From positions 25,606,001 to 25,670,000 of the forward strand of contig NC_082716.1 in the NCBI RefSeq assembly GCF_030144855.1: a stretch of 64,000 nucleotides of DNA, in the 5' to 3' direction. The position numbers and the translations under genes are program-made. The notes under the pieces are model-generated. The model did not search any database. It worked only from the letters and a program-made list of their open reading frames with translations, and had not been told where the DNA came from. This stretch comes from Hypanus sabinus (Eukaryota). Below are positions 1 through 11,700 of the stretch, in pieces (positions within the stretch are counted from its first letter, which is position 1; every line of letters begins with the position of its first letter).

Positions 1-330
1 CCTTCTTTATAGCTGCACTGATATATTTGGTCCAGGTTATCTCCTCAGAGGTATTGACACCCAGGAGCTTGAAATTGCTCAATCTCTTCACTTCCGATCC
101 CTCTATGAGGACTGGTGTGTGTTCCTTGTCTTACCCTTTCTGAAGTGCACAATCAGCTGTTTGGCCTTACTGACTTTATTACGATTCCACTCAACCAGCT
201 GATATATCTCACTTCTATTCGCCTTCTCGTCATCATCTGAAGTTCTGCCAACAATAGTTGTAAATATATAGATGGCAGTTGAGCTGTGCCTACCCACACA
301 GTCATGGGTGTAGAGAGAGTAGAGCAATTA
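1..330 (-). mobile_element. Rex1/Babar-like LINE RT fragment
   Basis: Minus-strand degraded RT/C-terminal motifs (LYSLYTHDCV, IY.F..TTIVGR, VSKAKQLIVHFRK). Confidence 0.75.
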
Positions 331-482
331 TAGATTTCCCACTAACTCAAGATGACACATTTGAAGTTTATGTGACTCCTTTTGATTACCCAGTATATAC
401 GGTACAGTATATACATACCAGAAGGGGTATCGTTTCAAGGGATCTGGCCATTAAATCAATCATCTCCTGGATGATATCTTAC

Positions 483-724
483 TTTTATTTATTTGAAGAT
501 ATAGCACAGCAATAGGTCCTCCTGGCCCAATGAAGCTGTAATGCGCAAATACTGCCATATAACACATTACCCTTCTAACCTGTACATCTTTGGAATGTGA
601 GAGGAAACTGGGACACCTGGCATAAACCCATGCAGTCATGGAGAGAAAATTCCTACAGACAGCAGCAGGAAATGAACCCGGGTCGCTGGCGTTGTTATAG
701 CATTAAGCTAACTACTACACTACC
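483..724 (-). mobile_element. tRNA-derived V-SINE (HE1-like) with CR1-type 3' tail
   Basis: Minus strand: tRNA-like head with B-box gggttcatttcc, V-domain-like ttctctccatgactgcatgggttt, CR1-like tail gggcc...cctattgctgtgct and an A-rich end. Confidence 0.7.
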
Positions 725-2119
725 ATAACACACATCCTCAGAAGCACATTACAATCTGTCACGAAAGACTGGAAACTCGGATCTACCATGAGGACAGCAG
801 GCTCCTGCCAAAGCCAAGGAAAGCAAGATTTGGGGATGAACTGTGTAAAGATGAAGGAAAGGTTGAAAATGATGACATTTTCCATTGCGGCTGAGGTTAG
901 TGTTATTGGTACTGGAATAAAGTATGAGACAATGTCCTGAATTATATTGAATGAGGCTATAAACTGTAGAGAAAAGCTCTCTGGTGGTGATGAAGTAAGT
1001 GACAGACCAGTAAGTGATATCATGGTTTTCAGTGGTGGAGTCATGGTCTACGGGGAACAGAAGAACATCTCAGAGAACTGGCATTTACTGGTGATCTTCC
1101 TGTAAGGGATGGTTAATAAAATTTACCATCTTTCATCTACAAAAAATTGTTTTCCCAGTGGTCCTGACACTTAAAGCTTTTAATTCTCCCCAAAATGACA
1201 TCAAAGAGTGACACAGCATTACACAGTTAATTACCGCCCGGACAAAAAGTAAGTGATTTGTCCCCAACAGCAAAGCTTTGCCTTAATGACTAAGCAAATC
1301 CTGTTCAAAAATGATCCAAACTGTAAACTTCAGCACTGAAAGAGTTGATAAGAGAATGCAGTTTGGAAGCTGATTGCCCATCTCTCCAGATCTCCAGGGA
1401 TCCCACTGTGTATGCACAGCCATAGCCTTGAAGAGGAATATTAGAGAAAACTATATAACCCTCTAATAAACCCAATATATCTGTATCATTACCCTCCAGA
1501 GACTTATATCTTGAAAGGACTTGACATGCTCAATGAAATAATGTATATATATAAGTGAAAATGGTGAAATGTATTATTTTACCCAAAATAAATATGCCAT
1601 CAATTATCAAAAAAAATGCAAACTCTTCCTTGCATCAAGCTGCTGTGTGAGATAAGTCGGGACAAAGTGAGAAAGAGAGAAAAAGTGGGCACATGGAATC
1701 AGCCCAGATAAATGAGGAAAGGACTTATCTATAAATGTCAATGTGCCCTCCACATATACTGAGTTCTCAGGATCCAGAAATTAGGGTTTCTAGATCATCT
1801 TACAACCCAGACTGAGTATCTTGCTGACAGAACCTTCTGTGTTACTAATGACAATTTTGTAATGCGCGGTAGCGTACTTAAACACCCGCTTGAAAAAGTA
1901 ACATTAAGTGGGGTATGGTCTGCAGAAGCTGGAGGCCACAGAATAGACCAGGTTTACTGAAGTTTAGCTCATTTAGCCAAAACAGGTAAAAATCTCTTCA
2001 AATGACCTTAACTCCATCATTACACTTTGCACTCCTAGAAAATAGTAACATCTGGACAACTGTGCTATCTATCACAAGAAAAATGTAACATTTATCTCTA
2101 TGATGGCTAGCAATGTGTA

Positions 2120-2525
2120 GAATTAGGACTTTATTCTTTAGAACATGGAAGACTGAGAGGAGATTTGATAGAAGTTTGCACATTAATGAGGCGTATAGAC
2201 AGGGTAACTGCAAACATCCATTTTCCGCTGTGGTTGTGTGGGACTACAACTAGAGGTCATGGGTAAAGGGTGAAAGGTGAAAATTTCAAGGGAAACATGA
2301 GGGGAAAACTTCTTCACTCAGAGGGTATTGAGAGTATAGAACATGTGGTGCATACAAGCTCAATTTCAGTGTTTAAAAGAAGTTTGGATAGGTACATGGA
2401 TGGTAGGTGTATGGAGGTCCTGGTGCAGGTTGATGGGAGCAAGCAACTTAAGTGTTTTTGTCATGGACTAGATGGCCTGAATGGCCTCTTACTGTGCTGT
2501 ACTTCTTTATGACTTTATGACTCTA
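2120..2525 (+). mobile_element. CR1 LINE 3' fragment
   Basis: RLRGDLIEV-like and TRGHG motifs; CR1 3' UTR hairpin region; short tandem tail (tttatgac)n at about 2507-2525. Confidence 0.85.
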
Positions 2526-3268
2526 ATATATGGCTGCTTTTTTAAAAGAGTCTATCTGTCATTGTATCAGGCTGGTTTCAAATTCTAATGAAACATAACT
2601 AGTCCTAACTACTGCAGTTTCCATGATGTCCAGTCAATCTCCATGGTTTGCTCCAATGTCTTAATAATGTCATCTGCAGTAAAAGATGTGATTTATTTTG
2701 CAGTTTCTTGCATTTCCAACATAACCAATGTATTTTATGGTCCATCTGTTCTTATGTTCTTTTCTGCTTGTCACTATTTCTCTTTCTTATTAATTTACAT
2801 CTTTTTGGTGCAGTTGTTGTCATCTGAATTAAGGATGTTGTTCTTGAGAAATACAATATATACTTCCTTTAATACTTTGTGCCCACTTTAAACTTTGTGA
2901 GGTTTGCTGAAGGATAATGGATTGGATAATAATCTTTCTGCACACATCAACATTAAACTTATAACTCAATATCAGTTTAATTCCTACAGCAACATGCTGC
3001 AAATATTACAGCACAGAAAGTAAACGTTCAGGCTCACTGACCTATCCCGTATTGTTCTCCCCTCTGTATTCCACATATGATTTACATAATAAACTTACAA
3101 AAAATAGGAATAGAGATAGCCAAATGGCCTCTTCATCAATGCTACAGCTTCTCTACATCGAAATCTCAGTGTTCATTCCCATGGTTCTTTTTTTCCCCTC
3201 TGGGACAGAGAATTCTAAACGCTCCTAACCATCCAAGTGAACATACTTCTGTTTGTTTGCTTTGGAGT

Positions 3269-3571
3269 TCAGCTTCTTGATGCGACACTGGTTTGAGAAA
3301 CGTTGGAAGAGCGGGGAGACTCCAGCAGCAGCTTGCTGATTTTTCCACGAGGAGTTGCTAGAAGCTGCAATCCAGGGGAAGCATTGTCGGCGATGGCAAA
3401 GCATATGGAGGGAAGCCTTGTGACAGCTCTGTGCTTGCCTGTTATTCTTCCAAATGTGTTTTGCCTTGGGCTTGACGCACTACTGAATTTTCTGCAATGG
3501 GCCTTCAAAACAATCATTCCATTACCATGCCCAGACAGCCACTTTTCGGTTTCAAGCCAACGGTACTTTGC
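3269..3571 (-). other. Candidate terminal coding exon, unassigned (AKYRWLETEKWLSGHGNG...SQTSVASRS*)
   Basis: Apparently non-repetitive stretch. Minus-strand acceptor (atttaatatcactcag, CAG at 3574-3572) opens a 100-codon frame ending in TGA; AATAAA on minus at 2692-2697. No recognisable domain. Confidence 0.2.
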
Positions 3572-3669
3572 CTGAGTGATATTAAATGATGAATGATTGA
3601 ATATACCACAAAGTATAATACAATCTCCAGAGAATCAAGCAGAATCTACAAATTAAAAAAACATTTTTG

Positions 3670-3930
3670 TTTTATTTATTTATTGAGATACAGCGCAGAA
3701 TATGCCCTTCTGGCCCTTCGAGCTGTGCCTTTCAGCAGCCCCCAGTTTAATCTATGCCTAATCACGGGACAATTTACAATGGCCAATTTACCAACAAACC
3801 AGTATGTCTGGATTATGGGAGGGAATCAGAGGACCCAGAGGAAATCCTCATGGTCTTGGGGAGAACGTACAAGTCTCTTACAGGCAGCGATGGGAACTGA
3901 ACTCCTGTTTCCTCTACTGTAAAGCACCGT
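3670..3930 (-). mobile_element. tRNA-derived V-SINE (HE1-like)
   Basis: Same architecture as 483-724: V-domain ctgtaagagacttgtacgttctcccc, CR1-like tail gggccagaagggcatattctgcgctgtatctc, (aaat)n end. Confidence 0.75.
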
Positions 3931-4869
3931 GGTGTGTAAAAGTATGTTGACACTACTTCACATGATTTTACCCTTTTGGCTAAAAATATTGATCTACCTG
4001 TTATAAAATATTAGAAATATAAAAAGATAAGTAGACGATCTTCAAATAGGTTAATTTAAGCAGAAATAGTACCTGTACTCAATAGCTTGCTTAACATGAT
4101 GAGTAAAATCATAGAGCTCTTCTATATAGCTTATGTATAGTAGTTCAGTGAACAAAGTAGATCAATGTACCTTTCCTGTGAGTTTGCAATTATATTTGGA
4201 GGTTTGCTCCCAATGATTTGTTCAGCTGGTTCATTTTCAGATGTATATTAAAGCTGAAAATAGATCTATTCAGTCAAAGCTCAATTACTCACAAAGAACA
4301 CTTAATATGAGCAGGTTTTTGTAATCCTGTCTTGTGAATCACTGTGCAAAAGTCTTTCACTCAGACGTTGTATATGTATTTATTTTTGATTTTCTGATTT
4401 GATTCTCAGAGCTACTTACTAATTTTACTAACAAGGTGCTGCAATTAAATTAATTTAAAATGAAAATTGTTAAATGGCTCATTTATTTTTTTTGTTAATA
4501 ACAGTAAAATGAGCCAAAATCAAAGTATGACATCAGTTGCATAGGACAATTGACATTTCCTTGTGGCCTGGAAATGTCACAGGTGATTGCCCTCTCTTCT
4601 GCTCACCCACTCAAACCTGGGTAGTTTGACATACCTTACCTTCCTCCCCAACACACACACAAACTCTCTAGTTGAATTTACCAGTGCATCTGGTTCAGTC
4701 CAACAAAACAAGCCAAATATTCTCTGCATAGAGCACAATGCCAGAAAACAGGTATGAAGTTAGCGGTAGTAGTGTGGCAGCCTGCTAAGCTGGGTGTGGG
4801 GAGAAGTAGGGGTGTGGTAGCTGGGCTGCATTGGACCTTCTAACTGCTGTCAAAGGTCAACAGTCACCA

Positions 4870-5345
4870 AGGTTCAAAGTAAATTTATTTTTGAAATATG
4901 TATATATATGTCACCAGATACAATCTTGAGATTCATTTTCCTGCGGGCTTTCACAGTAAACGAAGAAACACAATAGAATGAAAAACCATACGCAACAAAG
5001 AACAATCAATGTGCGAAAGACAAAAAACTGTACTAACACAAAAATTAGTGATAATCAATAAACAACAACTAATCAAGAACATGATTTGTTTAGCCCTTAA
5101 AAGTGAGTCCATTGATTGCAGAATCAGTTTAATGATGGGGTTAGAGAAGTCATCCCCTCTAGTTCTGGATGAAGGGTAGTAACTATTCTTGAACCTCGTA
5201 ATGTGGGACTTGAGGCTGCTATACCTCCCTCCAGATGGCAGCACTGAAAAGAGAGCAAAGCCTGGATGGTGGGGGAGGGGGTATCCATGATGACGGACGT
5301 TGCCTTCCTTGTATTTCTGCTCAATGGTGGGTCCAACACTGAAGT
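4870..5345 (-). mobile_element. Rex1/Babar-like LINE 3' end
   Basis: HHPGFALFSVLPSGGRYSSLKSHITRFKNSYYP C-terminal motif; 3' UTR ending aataaatttactttgaac. Confidence 0.85.
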
Positions 5346-5909
5346 ACCAACTGCTGGACATATTCGTTATGACTTACGTCAAAGTTGGCTTCCCTCTCAA
5401 GTCTTCTAATTGGAGCAGAGTGTTTCCAGCAGTTTCTGCTTTGATTATATCATATGAACAGAATATCATATGATAGAATGGGCAAATATTGGCAGAGGGA
5501 GTATATGCAGAACTGAGTGATATATTTTGGTGGGAAGAATATTGAAATTTTGTGAAACTGTTCTACATGGATGCATGAACAAGACATCCTGTGGGAATTG
5601 ATATATAAACTAGGACAGGAAGCAGGAATAATTAATAAAATATTCTGAATTCGGAACTGGAGGAAGTGGAAACAGTGATGGATTTTGTCTTCCTCAATTC
5701 AAAGATTTCTATTGATGTTGTCGGAATTAAACAGGGCTTACTTCTGTGGAGAGCAGCAATGGCAAATTTAGATAAAGTACTGATTCTGGCATTGGAAATT
5801 TTGGCATTGGAGTTTAAGGTGGGGGATATACAGGAGGCAGGGTTTAAGGGTCGGCACAACATTGTGGGCCAAAGGGCCTGTACTGTGTTGTACTATTCTA
5901 TGTTCTATG

Positions 5910-6185
5910 ACATCCATTTAGAACAGAGATGCAGAGAAATTACTTTAGACAGAGGGTGGTAAATCTGTGTAATTTGTTGCCATGAGTGGCTGCGGAGGCC
6001 AAGTCATTGGGTATATTTAAGGCAGAGATAGATAGGTTCTTGATTAGCCAGGGCATCAAAGGGTATGGGGTAAAGGCCAAGAAATGGGGATGACGGGAAG
6101 AATTGGATCAGCCAATGATTGAATGGTGGAGCAGACTCAATGGGCCAAATGGCCTGCTTCTGCTCCTATATCCTATGGTTGTATA
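5910..6185 (+). mobile_element. CR1 LINE 3' end
   Basis: cagagggtggtaaatctgtg (QRVVNL) motif and CR1 3' UTR gggccaaatggcctgcttctgctcctatatc. Confidence 0.85.
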
Positions 6186-6190
6186 ACATT

Positions 6191-6643
6191 GTTTATGAAG
6201 ATCTGTATAGACAAGTCTATGGTATCTCCAGTTGTGATATATGACTGTGCGAGCTGGACTATTATTAAGGTTGAATACAAAAGAATCGATCCCTTTGAAC
6301 TTGGATGCTGGAGGAAAGTATTCAGATTTCGTTGGACAGCAGGAAGGTGCATGAGTCAATACTTGAAGGAATACAGCCAACTGCTCACTAGGAAGCTTGA
6401 TTATGAGAGAAAAGCTCAAAATTTTGGCCACATCATGAAAAGACAGGATTCCTTGGAGAAGTCTCTCATGTTAGGTAAAACAGAAGGTAAAAGAAGGGGA
6501 GGATGTCAGAGGCCACAATGGATAGATAATATTACTCAGAGACCTTGGGGGATCTTAGAGAGACAGTTTCCAACAACAAGGCTTGGTGTGCAGGTACCCA
6601 TGAGGTCATGAAGAGTCGGACTCAACTTAATGATTGAACAACA
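6191..6643 (+). mobile_element. RTE-clade LINE 3' fragment, BovB-like
   Basis: KSMVSPVVIYDCASWTI..KRIDPFELGCWR..FGHIMKRQDSLEKSLMLGKTEGKRRGGCQRPQWIDNI matches the BovB/RTE ORF C-terminus; 3' end gaagagtcggactcaacttaatgattgaacaaca is RTE-type. Confidence 0.85.
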
Positions 6644-6649
6644 TGGACT

Positions 6650-7240
6650 TTGTGTAATGTATTTGGGTGATGTGGGTGAACAAGGGAAGCCATAAACCCC
6701 TATTTCCAGGAGTTACAGTGGAATTTCTTCTCCCCAAGAGCAATGAGCCTGTAAAATCGCCTGCTACCAAAACAATTGAAGTATCTAGGTGTGTTCTACC
6801 CACATTTAACCTGTCCAGCTCTGTTCAAGTCCTGAAGGTTCTTATGATATCTCCTCTCAGCTTTCTAAACCCTTGTAAAAATAAAGCTAGTTGATAAAAT
6901 CACTCTTTGTGCATCATCCCTGCCATGCCAGCAATCAGTGTAACAAAATTGTTAAACTCCCTTCATGACAACAGAATCCTTACTCAGATAAAGGCAACCA
7001 ATATTAGACACAATGCTTAATGTGTGCTCTGCATAATTCAAGCAACTTACTTGAATCCTCTCCCTATAAATGCCAAAGTGCAATTTGCCTTCTTAATTGC
7101 CTGCTTCACTTGCACATTTATTTTTGTGACTGGTGCCCATGGACACCCAAGTCTTGCTGCATCTCCCCCTTTTACAGTCATCATTTAGATAATGGTCTTC
7201 CTTCCTGTTGTTACCACTCATATTTATCCACAATGAACTG
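6650..7240 (-). mobile_element. Ancient CR1 LINE fragment
   Basis: Highly degraded CR1 C-terminal pattern (ctgagaggagatatcataagaacc on minus); no intact frame. Confidence 0.55.
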
Positions 7241-7344
7241 CTGGTAAGACTCAATAAATCCAGGTCTTCTCTTTATGCCTCATTAAATGAAGTATGTGTA
7301 TGGGAATACTTAAATGGGATTATTAGTAACATAAAGACAAAAGT

Positions 7345-7465
7345 AATGCATACAAAATGCTGGAGGAACTCAGCAGGCCAGGCAGCATCTATAGAAAGGA
7401 ATAAACAGTCTATGTTTCAGGCTGATACCCTTCATCAAGACTGGAAAGGATGGGGGAAGAAGCCA
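7345..7465 (-). mobile_element. Short Penelope-derived repeat with degenerate hammerhead motif
   Basis: Minus strand cagtc ttgatga agggtatcagcct gaaa cata gactg (7406-7443), followed by the shared tail atagatgctgcctggcctgctgagttcctccagcattttg. Confidence 0.7.
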
Positions 7466-7551
7466 TTGTAGTCATTGTAAATATTCAACCCTGTGAAGAG
7501 GGTATATTGATATCTCAAATCAAACTATTCTATTTTATGTTGAACTTCCAT

Positions 7552-7933
7552 TCATCATTATGTGCCATGCCGAATAATATAGGCGATCATGGTCTTTCCA
7601 TGACCATGATTGTTCTTGGCAAATTTTTCTACAGACGTGGCTTGCCATTGTCTTCTGGGTAGTGTCTTTACAAGGTGGGTGACCCCACCCATTAACAATA
7701 CTCTTCAGAGATTGCCTACCTGACATCCATGGTTGCATAACCAGAACTTGTGATGCGCACCAGCTATTCATACAACCATCCTCCACCTGCTCCCATGGCT
7801 TCACGTGACCCTGGTTGGGGGGTTGGGGGCAGCTAAACAGGTGCTTACACCTTTCCCAAGGGTGATGTGCAGGTCTAGGGAAGGAGTGCCTCATACCTCC
7901 TTTGGTAGAGATGTACCTGCACCCTGCCACCCA
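7552..7933 (-). mobile_element. Non-autonomous RTE-related short element (about 380 bp)
   Basis: Minus strand carries the RTE 5'-UTR-like motif gaagacaatggcaagccac...ttgccaagaac, a perfect 9-bp hairpin (7586-7610) and a short (atga)-type tail; no tRNA head seen. Confidence 0.5.
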
Positions 7934-8799
7934 GCAACTTCCATTAGCTGGTGTCTTTACCCTGTGTCAAACAATATTTTGTCAACAACTAATGGCAATC
8001 ACAAGTTAATTTATCCATAGAGTGAGTTCAAGCAATAAGAACAAAATGAAGTTTATCAGTCCAAGTTACAGAAAGCTACTAAGAGTATGATTTTACTGAT
8101 ATTTTGAGAATGCCAGCAAAGTTATGCTACCCAAGTGTCAGTGCATGAATTCAGGGGTAAAATTTACTGTGGCAGGATTTCTGTTGCCAGTATAGAATGT
8201 ATTTACAAAGACCAGGAAATCAGTCAGATCCCTGTCTGATTAGTGCATCATGTGACCTTCCAAGCTCTCTCTCAAAATGTGCAAGAACTTCATTAAAGGT
8301 GCAAATCCTATGCAAATGAAGGGCAATTATCTTAAGGCAAGATTTCACATATTTCTCTCTGGGAACGCATCAGGCACTTGGCATGTAAAACCGACATTAA
8401 AGGATGGATCTGATTTGGTCTTTCGGGAAGTGGTACTTAAAGATGTACTGCAAGGTTTTGCATAATTCAGCCCTGAGTTCTCAAAACCACTGTTGGACTG
8501 AACGCTCCTCTCTGGTTTGTTGAAAGTAGAAGAGCAGAACTGGATAAGTGCAAGCTAGGTCTGCATGCATCCTTTTTCATTCAACTACATTTCTGAACAG
8601 ATCCAGCACATATGCTAGCGAGATGAAAGTGATCATAAAAAACTGAAATAAAAGAAATAAAAGAGCAGGAAACATTGAGCAGGTCAGGCAAACCAGTGTA
8701 AAAGCTACTTTGATTTTCTACATCACTTTTAACTATCTGACTGTGCTCTTCTGCATTGTCATAATGGGGCCCAGTGTTAGTTTGAGGAATAGCAAGTTT

Positions 8800-9305
8800 T
8801 AATAGTTTAGGGCTCCTCATCTAAGAAAATATGTGCTGGCATTGGAGGGGTTTCAGAGGAGGTTCAGGAGAATGATTCCAGGAATGAAAGGATTATCATA
8901 TGATAGCTCTGGATCTGTACTCATTGGAATTTGGAAGGATGAGGTGGGATCTCATTGAAATTTTTGGAATGTTGGAAGTCCTGGACAGAGTACATATGGA
9001 AAGGATGGTTCCCATGGTGGGGGAGTCTAGAGCAAGAGGGCGCAGCCTCAGGATAGAGGGGCATCCTCTTCAAACAGAGATATGGAGTAACTTCTTTAGC
9101 CAGAGGGTGGCGGAAGCCAAGTGGTTGGGTGTATTTAAGGCAGAGCTTGATAGGTTCTTGATTGTTCATGGTATCAAGGGTTAAGGGAAGAAGGCCAGGG
9201 AGTGGGGCTGAGGAGGGGTGAAAAGGATCAGATATGATTGGATGGCAGAGCAGAATTGATGGACCAAATGGTCTAATTCTGCTCCTATGTCTTATGGTCT
9301 CATGA
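8800..9305 (+). mobile_element. CR1 LINE 3' fragment
   Basis: LYSLEFGRMRWDLIE, ESRARGRSLRI and NFFSQRV motifs; CR1 3' UTR. Confidence 0.9.
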
Positions 9306-9408
9306 TCTATTCTACTGGGAACCTCACAACCTTCCAGGCTACAACAGGTAATTTTGATTTCTTTCTATGTATCTGAACTGTTCATTTCATCATTAAATCA
9401 TCCATCAA

Positions 9409-9970
9409 CACTTAGTAGCCACTTTATTAGGTGTGTTCTGTACCTAATGAAGTGGCCATTGAGCTTACAGTCGGGTCTCCTTATCCATGGGGGATTGGTT
9501 CTGGGACCCCCTGTGGATACCAAAAAATACGGTTGCTCAAGTCCCTTACATAAATGGCGTAGTATTTGCATATAACCTACGCACAACTTATAATAACTAA
9601 TACAATCCAAATACTATGTGAATAGTTATTATACTGTATTGTTTAGGGAATAATGACAAGAAAAAAAGTCTGTACACGAGACGCGAGGCGAACAATGCTC
9701 AAACAACGAGTGCTGGAGAGAGGACATCCGGGTTTTCATGATCTGCATGCAGAGCCCACGGATAAGGAGGGCCGACTGTATATTCATAGTATTTCGCTGC
9801 TCTAGCCTTCAAGGTTTGACATGTTGTGCACTCAGAGATGCTCTTCTGCACACCTCTGTTGTACGCATGATTATTTGAGTTACTGTCACCTTCCTGTCAG
9901 CTTGAATCAGCCTGACCATTCTCGTCTGACCTCTCTCACTAACAGGCTTTTCCCCACAGAACTACCACTA
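9409..9970 (-). mobile_element. Truncated Tc1-like non-autonomous element (host of the MITE at 9468-9778)
   Basis: Palindromic TIR pair cacttagtagccactttattagg / tacctaatgaagtggccattgag (9409-9463); 9781-9970 aligns with the element at 44336-45161. Confidence 0.7.
9468..9778. mobile_element. Tigger/pogo MITE, MER2-like (311 bp)
   Basis: 24-bp TIRs (cagtcgggtctccttatccatggg / cccacggataaggagggccgactg, 3 mismatches); TA duplicated at 9466-9467 and 9779-9780; interior resembles the MER2 consensus as remembered. Confidence 0.85.
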
Positions 9971-9974
9971 TGTG

Positions 9975-11700
9975 TACAAAGGTGCAATAAAAAAATTACT
10001 TGCTGCAGGAAAACATAAATTTTACAAGATTAAAACACAAAGAGGGCAAAAACAAGTCCATTGTTGAAGAAAATGGTCAAAGTAGTCATGATGCTGGTAC
10101 ACTGGGGTGGTGAATAGGGTTGTGCAGATTGGTTCAAGAACCATATCATTGAAGGCAAGAAACTGGTTTTGAAACTCATGATATAGGACTTTAGGCTTCT
10201 GTATCTTCTACCCAATGATAGCTGTCATAAATTGGCATGGCCCAGATGGTGATTATCTGTGATGACAGATGCTTCATTCCTGAGGCTGTGCTTCCTATAA
10301 TATTACTGATGGCAGGCAGGGATGTACCTGTGATGTTTTCAGGCTGAGTCCACTACTCTCTGCAGTCTCTTGCATTTTTGCACATTTGAGTTATCATACC
10401 AGATCACTCGAGTCAGAATCATTATCGCTGTCAGTTGATTTGAAACTTGTTGTTTTGAGGGATCGGTAAAATGTAAGTCATAATGATCCACAAATTATAA
10501 AAGTAAATACACAGTGCAAAGAAAGGAATAATGAGGCAGTGCTCATGAATTCGTGGACCATTCAGAAATCTGTTGTCAGAAGGGAAGTGTGGGTCTTCAG
10601 GGTCCTGTATCTCTTCCTCGATGGTAATAAAAAGCAGATGGTATATCCCAAAAGGGAGGGTCCTTATTGATGGATGCCACCTTCATGAGGCACATGCTTT
10701 TGAAGACGTCCTCGGTGGTAGGGAGGGTTGTGCCTGCAGTACAGCTGGCTGAGTCAGCAACCCTCTGCAGCCTCTTGTCACCCTGTATGATTGAGACCCC
10801 ATGCCTGCCATGGGGACCCCAATGCACAGATTAACCAGTCAGAAAGTACTTCACCATTTATCGATAGAAATTCAAAGTACAAAGTAAATTTATTATCGAA
10901 GTACATGTACATCTCTGCATACATCCCAGAGATTCATTTTCTTGTGAGCATTCGCTGTAAATACAACAAACACAATAGAATCAGTGCACTCAACAGGATG
11001 GACAAACAACCAATGTACAAAAGACAGCAAGGTATGCAAAACAAAAAGAGAGAAAAAAAGAAATAATAATAATGAATAGGCAATAAACTTTGAGAACATG
11101 AAATGAAGAGTCTTTGGAGGTGAGTCTATAGGTTGTGGGAACAGTTCAATGATGGGGCAAGTGAAGTTGAGTGCCCTCTGGTTAAAGAGCCAGATGGTTG
11201 AGGGGTAATAAATGTTCCTGAACCTGGTGGTGTGGGTCTTCTGGCTCCTGTACCTACTTCCTGATGGCAACATCGAGAAGAGAGCATGGCCTGGATGGCA
11301 GGGGTCCTTGATGATGGATGCTTCTTTCCATTTGCAGTGCTCTATGTAGATGTGCTCTCTGGTGGGGAGGGCTTTACCTGAGGTTGACTGGACTGTGTCC
11401 ACTACCTTTTGTACACTTTTCTGTTCAAGGGCATTAGGGTTTCCATACCAGACTGTGATGCAACCATGATGTAAATTTGCTAGAGTCTTTGGTGGCATAC
11501 CAAATATCAAATTACTAACCAAGCAAAGACCCTAGCTTGCCTCTTTCGTGATTGCATCAATGTATGTCCAGGGATGATCCTCTGAGATGCTGGCACACAG
11601 GAACTTAAAGCTGCTCATCCTTGAACACTCAGTGAGGGCCAGTGTGTGTTCTCCAGACTTCCCTTTCTTTATATCAACAGCCAGCTCTTTAGTCTTATGA
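9975..11700 (-). mobile_element. Cluster of three Rex1/Babar-like 3' fragments
   Basis: Repeated CITVWYGN, HPGHALFSMLPSGSRYRS, TTRFRNIYYP and FKFL.ASISED motifs; separate 3' ends near 9975, 10410 and 10870. Confidence 0.8.

Noticed and set aside
715-1100. 109-aa minus ORF / possible exon
   Set aside because: No recognisable domain; all frames from the nearby acceptor hit stops.
8260-8642. Minus-strand exon with a strong polypyrimidine acceptor
   Set aside because: Stops in all frames, and the tract adjoins an old Penelope-type repeat end.
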